From Pelomyxa schiedti (taxonomy: Eukaryota; Protista; Evosea), in the NCBI GenBank assembly GCA_020536535.1, contig JAHLWZ010000275.1:62001-126000 (forward strand): a DNA stretch of 64,000 nucleotides. The letters are read 5' to 3'. A program made the translations under genes and the position numbers. Below, one piece after another: positions 15,001 through 28,519 of the stretch. The notes below the pieces were generated by a model, which had not been told where the DNA came from, ran no database searches, and saw only the letters and a list, made by a program, of their open reading frames with translations. Position 1 is the first letter of the stretch; every line of letters begins with the position of its first letter.

Positions 15001-17692
15001 TGGTGGTACGTCACGCAGTTGACTCATTTGGAAGGCTTGTGAATTAGGTCCAAATTGCATCTTGAATTTGTTGTGGAGAGCAGTGATATCCTCTTTTACT
15101 TGTGCAATAAGCCTCGTTTGGTATTCCTCAACAGCTGCTTTTACCTGTACTAGGTGTAAGTGTCAGAAACATAATGGTTTTGAGACTGTACCACTGGTCT
15201 ATCCAAGAAGACCTTGAATTTGGAGAAAACACGAAACATTTCATTTGAGGTGCGAGAAGTTGCCAATTTCTCACGAAATTTGGCAGCCAGAAGATACTCA
15301 ATGTGAGTGGTGATGCTTTGATACCGACTAAGAAGCTCCCTTATCTCATCTTTGACAATTAGAGAACCCTAAGAGAAATTTCAGGGTACCATCGGAGGCA
15401 GAGAAAACATCAATATTTTTGAATTGATCATAGGCTTGAATAACTTCTTGCATGGGAATATCCTCTCCAACCTCCTCTATCATTGATACCTGGACTTATA
15501 AGTTAATTGAAGGAGCAGTTTGCTGTGAACCAGAGTATTGTGAGATTTCCGGAATTCTTGGATTCGCTTCCTTCTAACATCAAAAGAAACGTGCCATGGC
15601 TGCCAAGAGCTCAATGAGAGGGAAAAGTAAAGAAGTAATTTATACCAGTTTTACTATTTTTGTGGGTGTGGGAGAAAGGTAATTGGTCCACAACAAAAGT
15701 ACTTTATCGCAATTGTCAAGTGTCTACTGGGAATAAGAAACACCAAACTCATAAGAAACAACCTGCAAAAATTCATTATAACCAAGTGAAATCACATGTG
15801 GAGTTCGTAATAAGTATAACATTTTGTCTCGTAGGTCTTTTGCAAGAGCATCCAAAAATCTGGAGACTGGTAAGTGAGAAAGAGGGAAAAAAGGTGGTTA
15901 CTTGGCGGCTCTTGCTTGGGGGTATGTTCCATGACGTTTTTTCATGTGTTGGATAATCGTATTTGAAGCACTTTCAAGTTCAGCAAGATTTGATGCAGTG
16001 TGCAGCGCATTCAAGGGAAAGTTGTGCATCAGTGATTTGTGCGAATCAACTAGATAAAATTAGGCCAACAGCAATTGTAGAGGACCCCTTTTTCTTACCC
16101 AGTTGCTGGACTTTCTTGATCATGCTATTTAATTCCATTTCAATAGCGTGAAATCGTTTTGCAGATCGCAATACAGCAAAAGTCAGCTCTAGTGGGGGAA
16201 AATAAGAGTAATGAAGGGCAATTGTGTCCTACTAGAAGCAGGTGACTCGAGTTGCTCTTGAATATGCTTGACCTCAATATCTAAATCTCGCCAGAAAAAA
16301 ATTTCACTAATTGCTGAGGCTCCTTCTGGGATACCTGCCAATCTTTTTTCCCAGAATGTTGGTGGCTTAAAAAAACCCTGCCACTGTTTCAAACCTTGGG
16401 TGTTGAACAAGTACTTTATCTAATTGTCTAAGCCATTCATTTACGGTATGATGTACAGAATTTATGAGCTGATCAGATATAAGCTGTTCAATCTCTATTT
16501 TTTTCCCTGTAGCTTCACTCTGTGTGGAAAGATCAATAATGTAACAAAAGAAAGTTCATAACACAAAGTACTTAAGAAATAGGGTGAAAAGAAAGAGAAA
16601 GACAACCTCTTTTAAAACCTCCAATATCCGTGGGTGGTGAGCCAGCACAACCTGCTCCACAAGCATTTCTTGTGTACAGTTATTGAGTGTCTCTTGGAGA
16701 TCCCTCATTTTTTTTTGTACAACAGATATTCCTTCTGAAGAATTGTGAACAAATTGTTGCTACCCAGTGTGACACACTATACAATGACTCGGTTGTTTCA
16801 GTTTTTGTTATTTCCTTTTCAAGAGAAGCAAAAAACGGCAACAATGCATGCTGTACACATGACCGCAAGGTGTCAAAAGGTGGTCCCTCACCAAGGTCAA
16901 TAACTTGTATTTGAGAAGAGATTGTCCTGGAGATCATCTTAAAAACCAACCAACCAAAGTAAAAAAAGTCAAAAGTGGTTTTTTTGTGCCCATAGACAGA
17001 CATATAACGTCAAGCCAACATGAAGCCATTTAACATCAAAAAATGAAAATTCCAAACCTCGCAGGATTGATAGGAATATCTGCCACTCTCCTCACGACCA
17101 CAATGGAAGCGGCGTTCGGCCCATAATACATAACCGCCAAGTCCATCCTCACCTCCCATCCTCCCCCGCTCCCTCCTCCATCATTTTCCCCGCCACTCAT
17201 TCCCGGAATTGCCCCAGGTGCCGGTGATGAAGACGGCGACGGCGGCGGTGAAACCGTGGGCGATGACACATTCGGCGAAGGCGAAGAAGATAAGACCGGC
17301 GGCGAGTTCGATGGCGACTGAGCCTGGGACTGAGACTGAGACTGGGAAGGAGTCCTCTGGATCAGGAGCGCCGCGGTTGAGCTGGTGTTGCCTTCCGCGA
17401 ATCGGCGGATCTTGTCGCCGTGGGCGCCGATGGCGGCGTCTACGTCGGCGCCGTCGACGTCGAGCATGGCGCAGGCGACGCGGCGGACGTACTGGGCGAC
17501 CTTGAGGCCGACGACGGATCCCATAAGCGAGGCGGAGGACAGCGGGGAGCTGGCGGCGGTCGTCGTGGGCGTAGTGGACGTCGAGGCGGTCGGGGAGGGC
17601 GCCTGCTGCGGCTGCTCTGAGGCGTCGTAGGACGACAGGGGCGACGCTACCGGTACCACTACGCTGACGGCGGGCGCCTCCTGGGTGTCCAT
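64..17692 (-). CDS. DYNC1H1: Cytoplasmic dynein 1 heavy chain (multi-exon)
   Basis: Four AAA P-loops: GPAGTGKT (~9970), then [16 protein letters not shown] and GVSGGGKT in the 1098-aa ORF 6605-9901. Other conserved segments include [42 protein letters not shown], the stalk coiled coils, and the C-terminus [14 protein letters not shown]...RGVALCC. The likely ATG is at 17692 (MDTQEAP) and the TGA at 64-66. Internal exon boundaries are not all resolved. Confidence 0.97.
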
Positions 17693-17932
17693 GTATCTTC
17701 GCTCTGTTTTTTGGTCTGATGAAATGATAGATCGTTTGATTGGAGAAGCAAGCAATTTCAACCCCTTCAGTTCCCTAGGGAGGACTACCCCACGCACTCG
17801 GATGGTTAGAACTATCCTGAGGGCGAGATTCACAGACCAGGCAGCTCATGGGACGGCCACAGCGGCTCCACCTTGATGGTGGAAAAACATGCTTTTTTAT
17901 CCCCTTTTTTCGCGAACTCCCAACAACGAGCA
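17693..17932. promoter_or_regulatory. Short divergent intergenic region shared by dynein heavy chain and CDC14 (putative bidirectional promoter)
   Basis: Head-to-head ATGs are about 240 nt apart, and both first exons are GC/CpG-rich. Confidence 0.5.
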
Positions 17933-20900
17933 ATGTCGGGATCGAAGCCACCGCGGTCGACTCACACCTCGGCATCACACTCCTCGGGCGTTGTTAGTTC
18001 CACGTCGGGCACCACGCCGGTAAAAGCAACGCCCTCCCATAAGCCCGTCGCAGCCCCAACCCCGCCAACGCCCACCACGCCTCCGAGCCGTCGCAGCGCC
18101 GCATCGCCGAGCAGCGCCGGAAAATCGCCGGGCTCGCCACTGTCGGCGGCGGCGCGATCGCCGACGCATGTAGGGGAGTCTGGCGCCCAGCACGTCCACA
18201 GCCTCCCTGATCAGTCGTTGATAACTACTGTCATACAGAGTAGTTTTTATCATTATCATTATCATTAATCATGCTTTTTTTTTTTCCCTCCTACATTATT
18301 CATTTGTTTTATGTTTTGTTTTTAAAAACCAAAATTGCTATTTTTGGTTTCGTATAGCACTCATACTCGTGCAGATAAGTTATACTTGGTGTCAACATTG
18401 ACCAGCACAGCAAAGCTACCCCCTCGTTGCAGCTCTTGTCCATGCGGGTGCTCCAGTGTTGAATATTTCAGCATCGACAACCTTCTTGTTTATGAGCCTT
18501 TCTTCAGAGATTTTGGGTATCAAACTGCACTACAGTGAAATATCTAATTGCTTCTCAAGACCCCTTAACCTGGGGCACTTATACAGTTACTGTATGCTTC
18601 TAAAAGACAAGATGAAGGTAAGGACAAGTGTTCATGCACCAATAACTTTTTTTGTAATACAGGAGGGCCATTCTCATGGAAAAGTGTTTTACCACTGTAC
18701 CACACCCGATGGGACAAACAGAGCGAATAGCGCATACTTGCTTGGTTCTTACCTGGTACACCTTACTTTCTCAGCTGTGATTTGTTGGAAGTGATTGGCG
18801 CATTATGACTCTGCACTGTAGTACTAATTTTTCTCTAGATCATAATGCAAGGATTCACTCCTGAAAAGGCGTATGCCCCAAATAACATAAATTCTTGTTT
18901 TTTTTAGCTGATTTCTTCAGATACGAACCGTTCCAGGGTTTAAAACCAGCATTGCCCCCCTTCAGGGATGCCAGTGATTTGTATCGAGCACCTTTGGTTT
19001 TCCCGACTTTTCACCCAAATCAGGGAGTGCACATATAAACTGAAACTCCTCGACGTACTGAAAAGTGTGTATAAGGCAATGAAACTGAAAATTCTAGACT
19101 TTAAGACCTTTGACCTCAAGCGGTGACTTCATCTCCCTTTAATGCCTAGCAATCTGAATTTTTTAGATATAAGCACTTCGAGCTTGTTGAAAATGGTGAT
19201 CTGAATTGGATTGTTCCTGGAAAACTTCTCGCTTTTAGTGGCCCAGTTTCCAGCATAACCCCAGCCTCAAGTAACATTTATACACCAGGTTTCTTCTCTC
19301 TTTCAGTTTTAGGCCTTGTTGTAACCAAGAGTAGACGATTATGTTTCACTTTTCAAATCATTTGGCATCACTACGATTGTGAGGCTTAATAAGAAAGTTT
19401 ATGACCAAAAACGATTCACTGACTGTGGTTCGTTGCTTCTTCCCGAATGTTAATTTCTCACCATTTTAACACCAGGTTTTAGCCACTATGACTTGTTCTT
19501 CCCGGATGGAACAACTCCCACTCGTACAATTATGCATAAATTTCTTGAAATTGTCGAGGAGGAGCCAGGTGCGCAGAAATTCCTGTGACAACATTAATCT
19601 TTAAGTAGGAGCCATTGCAGTGCACTGCAAAGCAGGACTTGGCAGAACAGGCACTTTAATCTGTTGTAGTCTCATTAAGGTGAGCAATTCTTTTATAAAA
19701 AATAAATATCTCTTGCCACGCTTTTCTGTTTGTTATTTGACATTATCTCTACGAGAACCTGAACTAAAGTTATTGCATCCAAGCACTATCACTTTACTGC
19801 TGCTGAGGCAATTTCCTGGGTACGAATTTGTAGACCTGGCTCTGTTATCGGCCCTCAACAGCATTTCTTACAAGAGTAAGATTCTGTAACCACCAATCAA
19901 AACCAAACCACACCCAGGGTTCAAGAGCTCTTATTGAAAGAAGCAGAAGCAAAGGAGAAACATTCTTCCAAATCTACTTCAGGTAGAAATCACAACCTGA
20001 CATTTGTCTAAATTCGAGCAGGTCATTCTACCAACATTCCTCCTAAGTCGACATCTTCAAAAGCCTCCTCTGGTACCAGAAAACCCGAAACCAAAACAAA
20101 ACCCGTACCCACTCATAATTACAACTTGCGTAACCTTTCCGCTGTTCCAAAGGGATCATGTATGTTCTAGGTTTTATTTTGTTATTTTTCTAAGGGGGAG
20201 AAAGCACTACAACAGAAGAAAATGTTGAATCAACAGCAGGGTCCTTGGCAACTTCACCTTGCCAGTGCTGTACGACAAAGGTCAAAATCTGCAGCTGGGA
20301 ATTCACTAGCACCTCCCGTCTCTACAACTACCTCTGCTGCTCGAACTCAAGCTCTTCAGGAACTTAGTACAGCAATGACTGCACTCAGTGTTGAGTCAGA
20401 TTGTGAAAAGACACCAGCAACACCAACTAACAGAAAAGATAAGTTAGGTGCACCGTCCTCAACAACAACTCCATCGACATTAGGTACACCAACACCTTCT
20501 TCTAAAAGTAAAACACGTAGGAGGAGTGCATCGGCGGTAACTCCCACAAAAGATTCAACTCCCCCCAAAAAAACGTCACCTCCCACAAATAGTTCCACAA
20601 CTCCAAAGAACCCCTCCACACACCCAAAGCCATCATCACCCGCACCTTCCAAGGCGACTCCGCCGCACCCGAAGCAAGCCAGCGCCCTCAAATCCGCCAC
20701 ACCCCTAAAAAGTAAACAAAACCTCACCCCCCACATACACGAGAAAACCACCAGTACCACCCACAAACCAACAACAGGGGCCACTACCACAACACCCGTA
20801 AAGCCACCGGTGGCCAAAGGTGCAGCAGCACCCTCCCCCATTTCCACCACCAACAAAGTTCCACCCCCAAATACTCCCTCCACCCCAGTGTCTCCCAATC

Positions 20901-21067
20901 CTAAATCCACTACCAACAAACCAACGAAACTAACTACAACTAGCAACTCAACAGCAACTGCAACTGCCACAACCACTGTCACAACGGCCAAGGCTCCGCA
21001 CAAACCTCACCACAGAGCCACTACAACACCCACACCAACCTCAAAAACAACAAACAAGAGCTCTTGA
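17933..21067 (+). CDS. CDC14: CDC14-family dual-specificity protein phosphatase (multi-exon) with long T/P/K-rich C-terminal tail
   Basis: Spliced exons give [61 protein letters not shown], the catalytic [10 protein letters not shown] (19622-19651) and [18 protein letters not shown]. The ATG at 17933 is inferred. Confidence 0.93.
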
Positions 21068-21223
21068 AGAGTCCCTTGTGCCTTTCCTTTTTTTTGGGTT
21101 GGAATACTTCGTTCAAACAAGACAAAGAAAAATAGAGAAAATAGAGTCAAAATTGTTTTAGTTTTCCAATTCACTCTGCCGTGAGCGCTAGCACACGGAG
21201 AGGAAGTAACACTTATGTGGGTG

Positions 21224-24200
21224 CTAATTTACCATTTTGATTGTGCTTCCCCTCTCACCAAGGGCTTTGTGCGCACTCTTCATTACTATGAATGTTACTG
21301 TGTCATAAACCACAGCGGCACCAAAAAGCATCCAACACCCTTGGTCCAATGTGGCAATGACATCAAAGCAAGTGTCATATCCATCCAGGAGGGCATCCAT
21401 GTACTTGGCCAGTAGCACGTCCACACCGGTGCAATAGTCGGCAACAATGAACAAGGCCAGCTGCTCAATTTCTAACAAAGCTGCCAGAATAGACACAACA
21501 AACACCTGCAATGTAAAATGAGAAAAGCCGGAGTTCAAGAAAGAAGGGTATTACATCAAGAGATGCCCAAGCATTCAGTACTTCACAGAACGTATACCAG
21601 TGCCTTTGGGTGCGTCGGCTCATTGGTACCAGCCACAGCACAAGTAGGGCGAGCAAGTGAACAATTGGTAAGAAAATAGCCGTCAGGCAGAATACAGCCT
21701 GCACCGTCCTTACAGTGAACGTATTTGGGTGTTCTGTACCGCCCGGGACTTGAAAGGCCACACTGATAACGGAATACGTGCTTTCACTGCATGTATTTGA
21801 GTGCACAATACCAAAAATAGGTCTTACCTTGGAGTGGAGTAAGGTTGCAATTGATCCAAAAGCCATCCCGCTGCACCTTTGAATGAGAAAGAAAAAGAAG
21901 GTGTAATGAGGCCAAGAATCAGAGCTGCCAGAGTGAATACAAGTCCAAGGACAACCACCACATTGAATAGTACCCGAACTAGTGTTGTCTTGGTGTGCAT
22001 CACATGAACACACAAAGCCTCGAGATTCGACGCTGCTTCATCAGCTTGCTTCTTAGATGGTGACTCGGCATAGCGATGCAGTGCCACCAAAATGTGTGAA
22101 AGAACCAAGGAAAACATGGTTCCCAGCATTAATGTAAGGAATCCATACAAGGGATCGACGAAGACAACAATCTGGAAAGGATCTGCGTTCGCAGCCGGGA
22201 CATATGGGGGAAATATGATGACCATGTGGAATGAAACAAGCATCATGATCATAATGTAGGAGTCTAGTAAAGACCACTTTCCAAAGGCATCTAGCCAAGT
22301 CAAAAAAAAATAAAAAAATACAAAAGGTACCTAAAAACATAAGGAGATATTCCCTTGGTTTTACCGGCAAAATCCAAACTGGTGCAACCCATGCTCCAAA
22401 CATAAGCACTAATTTTGCGTACGGCCAAGCACCAGAGAAAATACAAATTAGAAGGGATAAAGGCCAAACTCCAGCCAGCCACATATCCTACAACAGAATC
22501 AGGGAAAAGACGAATGGGAATACCCAAGCACACATGAACACTATTAGCCAATGTAAAGGCGAACATAGGAGGGAAGTCAACAGAACGGCCCAGTCCAGTA
22601 ATAAACGCCAAATATACAGATGCACCTCCAGATGTATTGGACGACACAAACACCATCACGTTAAGGCAAAGCAGTAGGGGCATGATATAACGTATCCAAG
22701 CAGGGATTTTGGGATGGAGAATAAGACAGGGGTGCTGTTCCTGATCTGATTTCAGTGGTGTTGATTCATAGGAAGGTTCATTTTCAAATCTTGTGCTCTT
22801 CAAACTCTTTCGGTGCTGTTGAATGCACAGACATATGATAAGTACAATTAAAAACACCAGGAATGAGCCTATGATGGCGCTATAGGTTGCATAAGGATTG
22901 GGGCGATCTAATTTGAATGGGACATCCTCCTGGTACTCACACGTCGCTTCATTGAGTCCAGTTTTCATTACCTCATTTAGCATTTCCACACCAGGGCCTG
23001 CAACAAAGCCATTAAGGGCAGCAGGAATGCACTCCCCAAAGGATGTGGTAAGAAGCAGTAAGATATCATTGATGGCTTGATCTACGTCGTCCTCCAAGTC
23101 TCCTGCGGCAGCTACAATACCGAGTTGAGCGGCACTTATGTTAAAAAGCAACTGAGTGACGGCAGTACTATTTGCCCCGAAAATACTCAGTAAGCACTGA
23201 GGATCCATTGACATTGTGTTGGTGTAGTTTTCGGCCTCCTGCGGGTAAACCGTTACTTGAAAGGAATTGTCGAGTATATTCTCTTCAAGCTGTAAAGTAA
23301 AACGCGCTTCTTCATACAGCCAATGTGAGTCATGAAGGACTTCAGAGGCAATAGAGACATTTATAGCAAATGTGGCATTTAAAGAAAGGAGCCCTAGGTT
23401 CGTTTCTGAGACCAGTGAGTATATATCACTGGGAAGAAGCAATTCGAAAGTTTTCCAGGAGTTAAGGCCCCCTATTGACACATCTAAGATACCCAAGTCA
23501 ATTTGCCCAAGACCAGGGATTGCAATAGGAACTACTATATCCAGATTGTCCATAAAGAAGCTGCCTTCAAAGAAATTAGGGATTTGAAAAGAAGGAAAAA
23601 AAAAAGGGGGGGGGGGGGAATAACCTGTGCCATTAGTAATTACATCTATCAGTTGGTTGAGACCCAATGTACCATTGACGCCCACAAACACATTGAAAAC
23701 GTAGTCCAGCATGTTCACCAAAGCACTTTCACTGAGGTTGAAAGCACCAGGAACCACAAGTGGGATGGCAGGCGGCGGTTGCGGAAACATATAAGGGTAA
23801 ATTACAGTATTAAGGGCGGTAAGAATTTGAGTGAGGTTGTCGTTCACAATGACTTGAATAAGATCGCATGCAACAACCTCCAGAGCCTTCTCCAGGGCGG
23901 GTATAGTATTGTTCTTCATCAAAATTTCATCCATTTGTTCTGCAAAATTACCTCCAGTGAGGTTCAACTCGGAAATGATGAATTGGCTCAAGCACTGCGT
24001 TACATTTGCCGCGCTTGCCAGGCCCACCTCGTCTTGTAACAAAGTTACAGAAACTTCCACTGAAGAGTTTGACACTTTTGCTACAAGAGTGCCGGCACCA
24101 ACGTCGACAGTTCGACCGTGTTTGTTTATAGCGCTGAACTCTGCGAAACATGATGTTCCCAGCCCAAATGCGCCAACACTGACACTGTTAGTTGTGAGGT

Positions 24201-24510
24201 CAACGCTGGAAGTCACTTGCTCCAGAGAGATTCCATGACAAGTGATATTTGTTATGTTGCACCACACTTCGTGAAACGTTACAAATGTGTAGTTGAAGTA
24301 TAGCTGCTGGTCTGGAACAGTCACGCTGAAATCAGCCAACCAACAGCGTAAATCGCATGGGCCATTTTCGTCAGAAGCCTCAGCCGGTGTCGCAAATAGT
24401 ACGGTGGATCCGCAGAGAACAACTACGTAAACAACCAGACATAGATCTGGTTGCTGCCGGTTATTATATACTGTTACAGCCTGCAGATCTCTCCTTCGAT
24501 ATGTCTTCAT
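21224..24510 (-). CDS. Membrane protein with a large N-terminal beta-rich luminal domain and two PqiA (paraquat-inducible protein A / LetA-like) TM repeats
   Basis: Two PqiA-like signatures: IFSGAWPYAKL...GKWSLLDSYIMIMM and IFLPIVHLL...NAWASLDV-FVVSILAALLE. An N-terminal hydrophobic segment is followed by a long beta-rich region. ATG at 24510 (MKTYRR), TAG at 21224-21226. Confidence 0.75.
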
Positions 24511-25288
24511 TGCACGTGGGTCTGTGGGCGCCACCCGAAGGGTCTTGGCGTTTCGCTTTTTTTTTGTTGTGGGTGCGTTTTTTGGTTGTTTTTTTTGCGT
24601 GGAACAGATCTGGCAGGCAGTGCTTGAGCGCAGCAATCGTTGAACATCGCCTTTTTGGGAATCGGTGCACCAAAGTTGCGATGTAGTAACAAAGGTGCAC
24701 TACGCAATGACCCTCATCTTCGCCTTTTCGTTAAAGGGCGACAACGAGGTGGCAGAACCAAGACAACTTGGAATAATGGCTGGTACTCATTAAAAAGTAG
24801 GTTGTTCCCAGCTGGGGAGTGGACAATGGTCGTGTGTTGGCGAGCGAGTCGATGGGCAATGGGGGCTCTGAGTTGTCACTGTGGGAGATTGATTGTGATT
24901 TTGTCAAATTAAATTTTCAGGAGAGTGGTTTCAGGTTCCTACCCATAGGCAACCAGCAGGCACAGGCAATTGCCTGGTGACCAACAAAGACGCAGCCTTT
25001 TTTGTTTTTTTTTAAGGTATTTGCTTTTTTTTTTCCGGGTTTCATGCTTGTCGAGTTTGGTTCTGGACAAAAGGTGCAGGACCCTCATTTGAACAGTCGT
25101 AACATTCATCAAATTCGTCTTCCATTTTAAGTTTTCCTCTAGGAAACATCAAAAACAAAAAGTAAGACAACGTGGGCAGCACGTTGGTGCGCAAATTAAA
25201 TAAAAACCAAGGCGAGCCGAAAATGAGAACCAAACAAAAAAAAAAACCCAACAGCGAACAAAGAAACAAAGCATAACAAACACTACAA

Positions 25289-25985
25289 ATGGGAGCACTA
25301 GTTGGCAAATTCCTCAACAGACTCAGTGACAAGAGGATACTCATTCTGGGGTTGGATGCTGCTGGCAAAACCACAGTCTTGTATAGGCTCAGAATTGGCG
25401 AAGTTGTCACCACACTTCCCACAATTGGCTTCAACATCGAAGCATTGGAGTACAAGAACAAACTCAGGTTCACTATGTGGGACGTTGGAGGCCAGGACAA
25501 GCTCAGGCCACTGTGGGCCCACTATGTACCTTTCTCTTCTCACAAAACAAAATGAAACAATAAACTCCAAAAAACCTTCCAAATTCTCGTTACTTACTTA
25601 CTCCTAAATATAGTACCGCAATTCTGATGCCCTCATCTTTGTTGTTGACTCCTCTGATTCTGAGCGGGTTGAAGAGGCCGCCGACGAACTCAGAAAAGCG
25701 GCAGCGGATCCACTGCTTAGCGGAATCCCCGTTCTGGTTCTGTGCAACAAATCAGACATGGCATCCGCTATCCCAGTTCCCAAGCTCTGCGAACTTATGG
25801 GACTGGACAAGCTCGGATTCCTCACACCGCCAGAAAAAATCCCCGCCGCGGCAAAGTCATCCCACAAGTCCGCCAAGGGCAAAAAAGCACCGCGACAACA
25901 TAACTGGTACGCGCAGTCCTGTTCAGCAGTCAATGGTGTCGGCCTATATGAAGGCCTTGACTGGCTCGCCTCACAGCTCTCGTGA
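25289..25985 (+). CDS. ARF-family small GTPase, 2 exons (25289-25525, 25614-25985), about 202 aa
   Basis: MGA myristoylation start, [32 protein letters not shown] and C-terminal [13 protein letters not shown] intron at 25526-25613. Confidence 0.95.
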
Positions 25986-26199
25986 GAGTTCCTCAATACA
26001 ACAATCCAGCAAAATTCCCACTACACCATGATGCCAGTCAGTGCTGGACGTGAACTCTGGCACTGCCTGTTTGTTTATTATATCCCTGTGAATACAGAAC
26101 TCACTTTGTAAACAAGTAAACAAAAAGAAAAGATGTGTTATTTTATTCCCGATAGCGTCTTCTTCCTTTAGCGTGAGGCAGTGGGTGAAAGTGCAAGAT

Positions 26200-26736
26200 T
26201 CAAGGTACTGGCTCGGCATCTTGAGTTGCATGCAAATCTGTTGGCGGAGGCCCAGTCTTCAGAGCCAAAACTAAGCTCAGAGTGTCGCCATCTCCAATCC
26301 CTGAAACCAAGAAGTGATAGTTAGGCGAATCCATCGATACCCCGAAAACAAGCAAACAACCAAAACAAAAACGCATCAAGTACCGTAGTGGTCGATAGTC
26401 TCGATGTCGTCGAGCTCAGTGTCGCCGTGCACGAGCCTGTACTTATCGCACTCCACGACCAAGTTGGGGGCGCCGCCCAGCAGCACCGAGCCGACGTAAG
26501 CTGATGCCGAGAAGGACGCGTCGGCGACGGCGGCAGGCACGGCCGTCGGGGGCGGCGACGCGAGGAGCGCGATGATGCGGTGGCGCAGGCTCTCGACAGT
26601 CTCGGAGGGGTCCGCGACGTCCAGCTCCATTCTGGGCGTGTGCGTGATTGGCGTGCGGATGAATAGCTTCATCATTATGGGTTGGCTGCCGCCTTCGGGT
26701 GTGTGAGAGGTATTTGATTGGCTGATTGTTTGGGCT

Positions 26737-26741
<5 letters not shown>
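26200..26741 (-). CDS. Small ubiquitin-like domain protein (exons 26741-26384, 26300-26200)
   Basis: MKLFIRT...SETVESLRHRI...RLVHGDTELDDIETIDHY/GIGDGDTLSLVL follows the UBL pattern once a phase-1 intron is removed. There is an Ala/Pro-rich internal insertion. Confidence 0.7.

Positions 26742-26787
<46 letters not shown>
26741..26787 (+). repeat. Poly(T) homopolymer of about 47 nt, i.e. poly(A) directly before the UBL gene ATG on the minus strand
   Basis: Uninterrupted T run visible in the sequence. Confidence 0.9.
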
Positions 26788-26788
<1 letters not shown>

Positions 26789-26929
26789 TCTTCTATTTGT
26801 GGGCCTGGTTGTAGGCCGGTTCTTCCTACTCTAATTTACGAGACATTACTAAGGTTTTTTTGGGATCCTATTAAAAAGATGAAAAGGTGGCGCCGTTTGG
26901 AACGAGAATTGTCAATTTTTTTGGCAATG

Positions 26930-28519
26930 TCAAATCACTGTTGTAATAGAGGCAATTAAAAGGGCAGCACTGGTCAGAGTGTGCTGAATAACTACGACGA
27001 AGGGTCTGTTGAAGCTCACATAAAAGGGTGTTTCGACTTCACAGCTGCCCATAGTGTGTTCCTCATTTTGGCCGGCAAAATCTTTTGTACTGGCATCTGC
27101 TCTACGAAACCTGACGGCGTCTAAGGCCCTTGACATTACTATTGCCACACCTGACCCCGCTGCTATTCCCCCCTCGAAAATGTGCAGGCTTGCTGTGTGA
27201 ATTACTTGTGCCACGTGTACTCGAATCATCTCTGAGATTAGATTACGGCTGGAAGAGTTTATTCTCAAGCATACCTGATTCAAGCAAACTTGTGAAATTG
27301 GCTTCGTTACTAAACGCTTCCAGCATGTGCAATTTTCCTAGCTGTTCATTTAGGAGCCGTCGGGAAACCACATTGAACTCTGGCACCTTTACTGTGCCGT
27401 TGTGGTACCTGGATGAGGAATAAAGTGAACACAGAACCATTGGAAATAATAACCTGAAGCCAGACATCACTCTGGGAAAGTTCTCTGAAAGTGTGAACAT
27501 CAAGTCTGCACCAAGTAAGACTCTTTGTGCAACGCACACACACCTAAGACGCATTCATCTCTCGTTGGAAGCAGGAGAGTCACTATATAAGAATCGCCTT
27601 CCATGCCACACTCAAATCGAACAGCTTGATAGTGCTGTGACTTCTTGAACAGAAATGCATGCGAGAGTGACATCATAGAAACGCGCTCTGTCCGTGGCAT
27701 TCCTGTGCCAGGGTCTATTCCTGTGAAGTCACATTTTCTGGTCTCTGACGGATTAAAGGGTGATTTCCAAGAAGCCTGCAATATTGATAGGAAAAACGGT
27801 AGGAACTCAATTTTCAACTCACAGTAAACGTTTGTGCCGCCGTGAAGATAGTCGCATCAGAAGGATGCAACCCAGCAATCGGGGAAGTAACAAGACCGTG
27901 GGACTTATTTAAAAACCAAGAGCTGATATCACGGTAACCAAGAGTTGGAAGTGTCTGAGACTCTGCTGAATAAAATGCCTTGTTGATTTGATCAAACTCA
28001 GCCTTGACCTATTGTTCTCTGAGAATTTCTTATGCCGGGTTTTTTTCCCGTACTTCTAAGTGAGGAGGAAGCCATATCTAGCGTAAATGAGACGTGTTAC
28101 ATTCAAAACAAAGAGTATACAGCATTATCCACAGAGAGACTTTGTCCAGCAGCAGCAGTGTCCAGCATAGATAACTTCAACTTCCAAAGGTTCACGTTTG
28201 CCTCTGCCATTGTGGACTTTCCAAACTTGAGGGTATTCATTATCTCTCTGTTGATCTTCTTCAGCTGTCATTTCCCATCTCCGCTACCTGTGAGTTGCGC
28301 TGCCATAGGCCGCACCATTGCATAGGAAAGTCAAAATTTGCACAATGTTGAAGGTTCCCAACACCAGGTTCAAGGCCACAGCCTGACTTGCAATCACTGC
28401 AAAAGTCCATAAGCAAGAAAAACCCATAAAACAAAAAAGACGAAACCCCAAAAAGCCAAACTAGAACCGAACGCATTCACACTCGCGACCGCACTGCTTT
28501 CTATCTGCACCATCATCAT
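26930..28519 (-). CDS. Serpin-family protein (multi-exon)
   Basis: ASWKSPFNPSET (W-x-x-PF breach motif), VPEFNV (LPKF-like), VAQVIHTASLHIFEGG hinge and the C-terminal signature FNRPFVVVIQH. Probable start MMMVQIESSAVASVNAFG at 28519. Confidence 0.85.

Noticed and set aside
20356-21003. Long antisense ORF (also 17420-17620, 51590-52231, 58440-58796, 30704-31408 and many others)
   Set aside because: These are shadow frames of low-complexity or GC-rich coding regions on the opposite strand, with no independent motifs.
24700-25000. Possible RNase MRP/P or other ncRNA in the PqiA-ARF intergenic region
   Set aside because: Only a small hairpin (24721-24740) and a GGGGCTC-like word were found. The other conserved regions could not be located.
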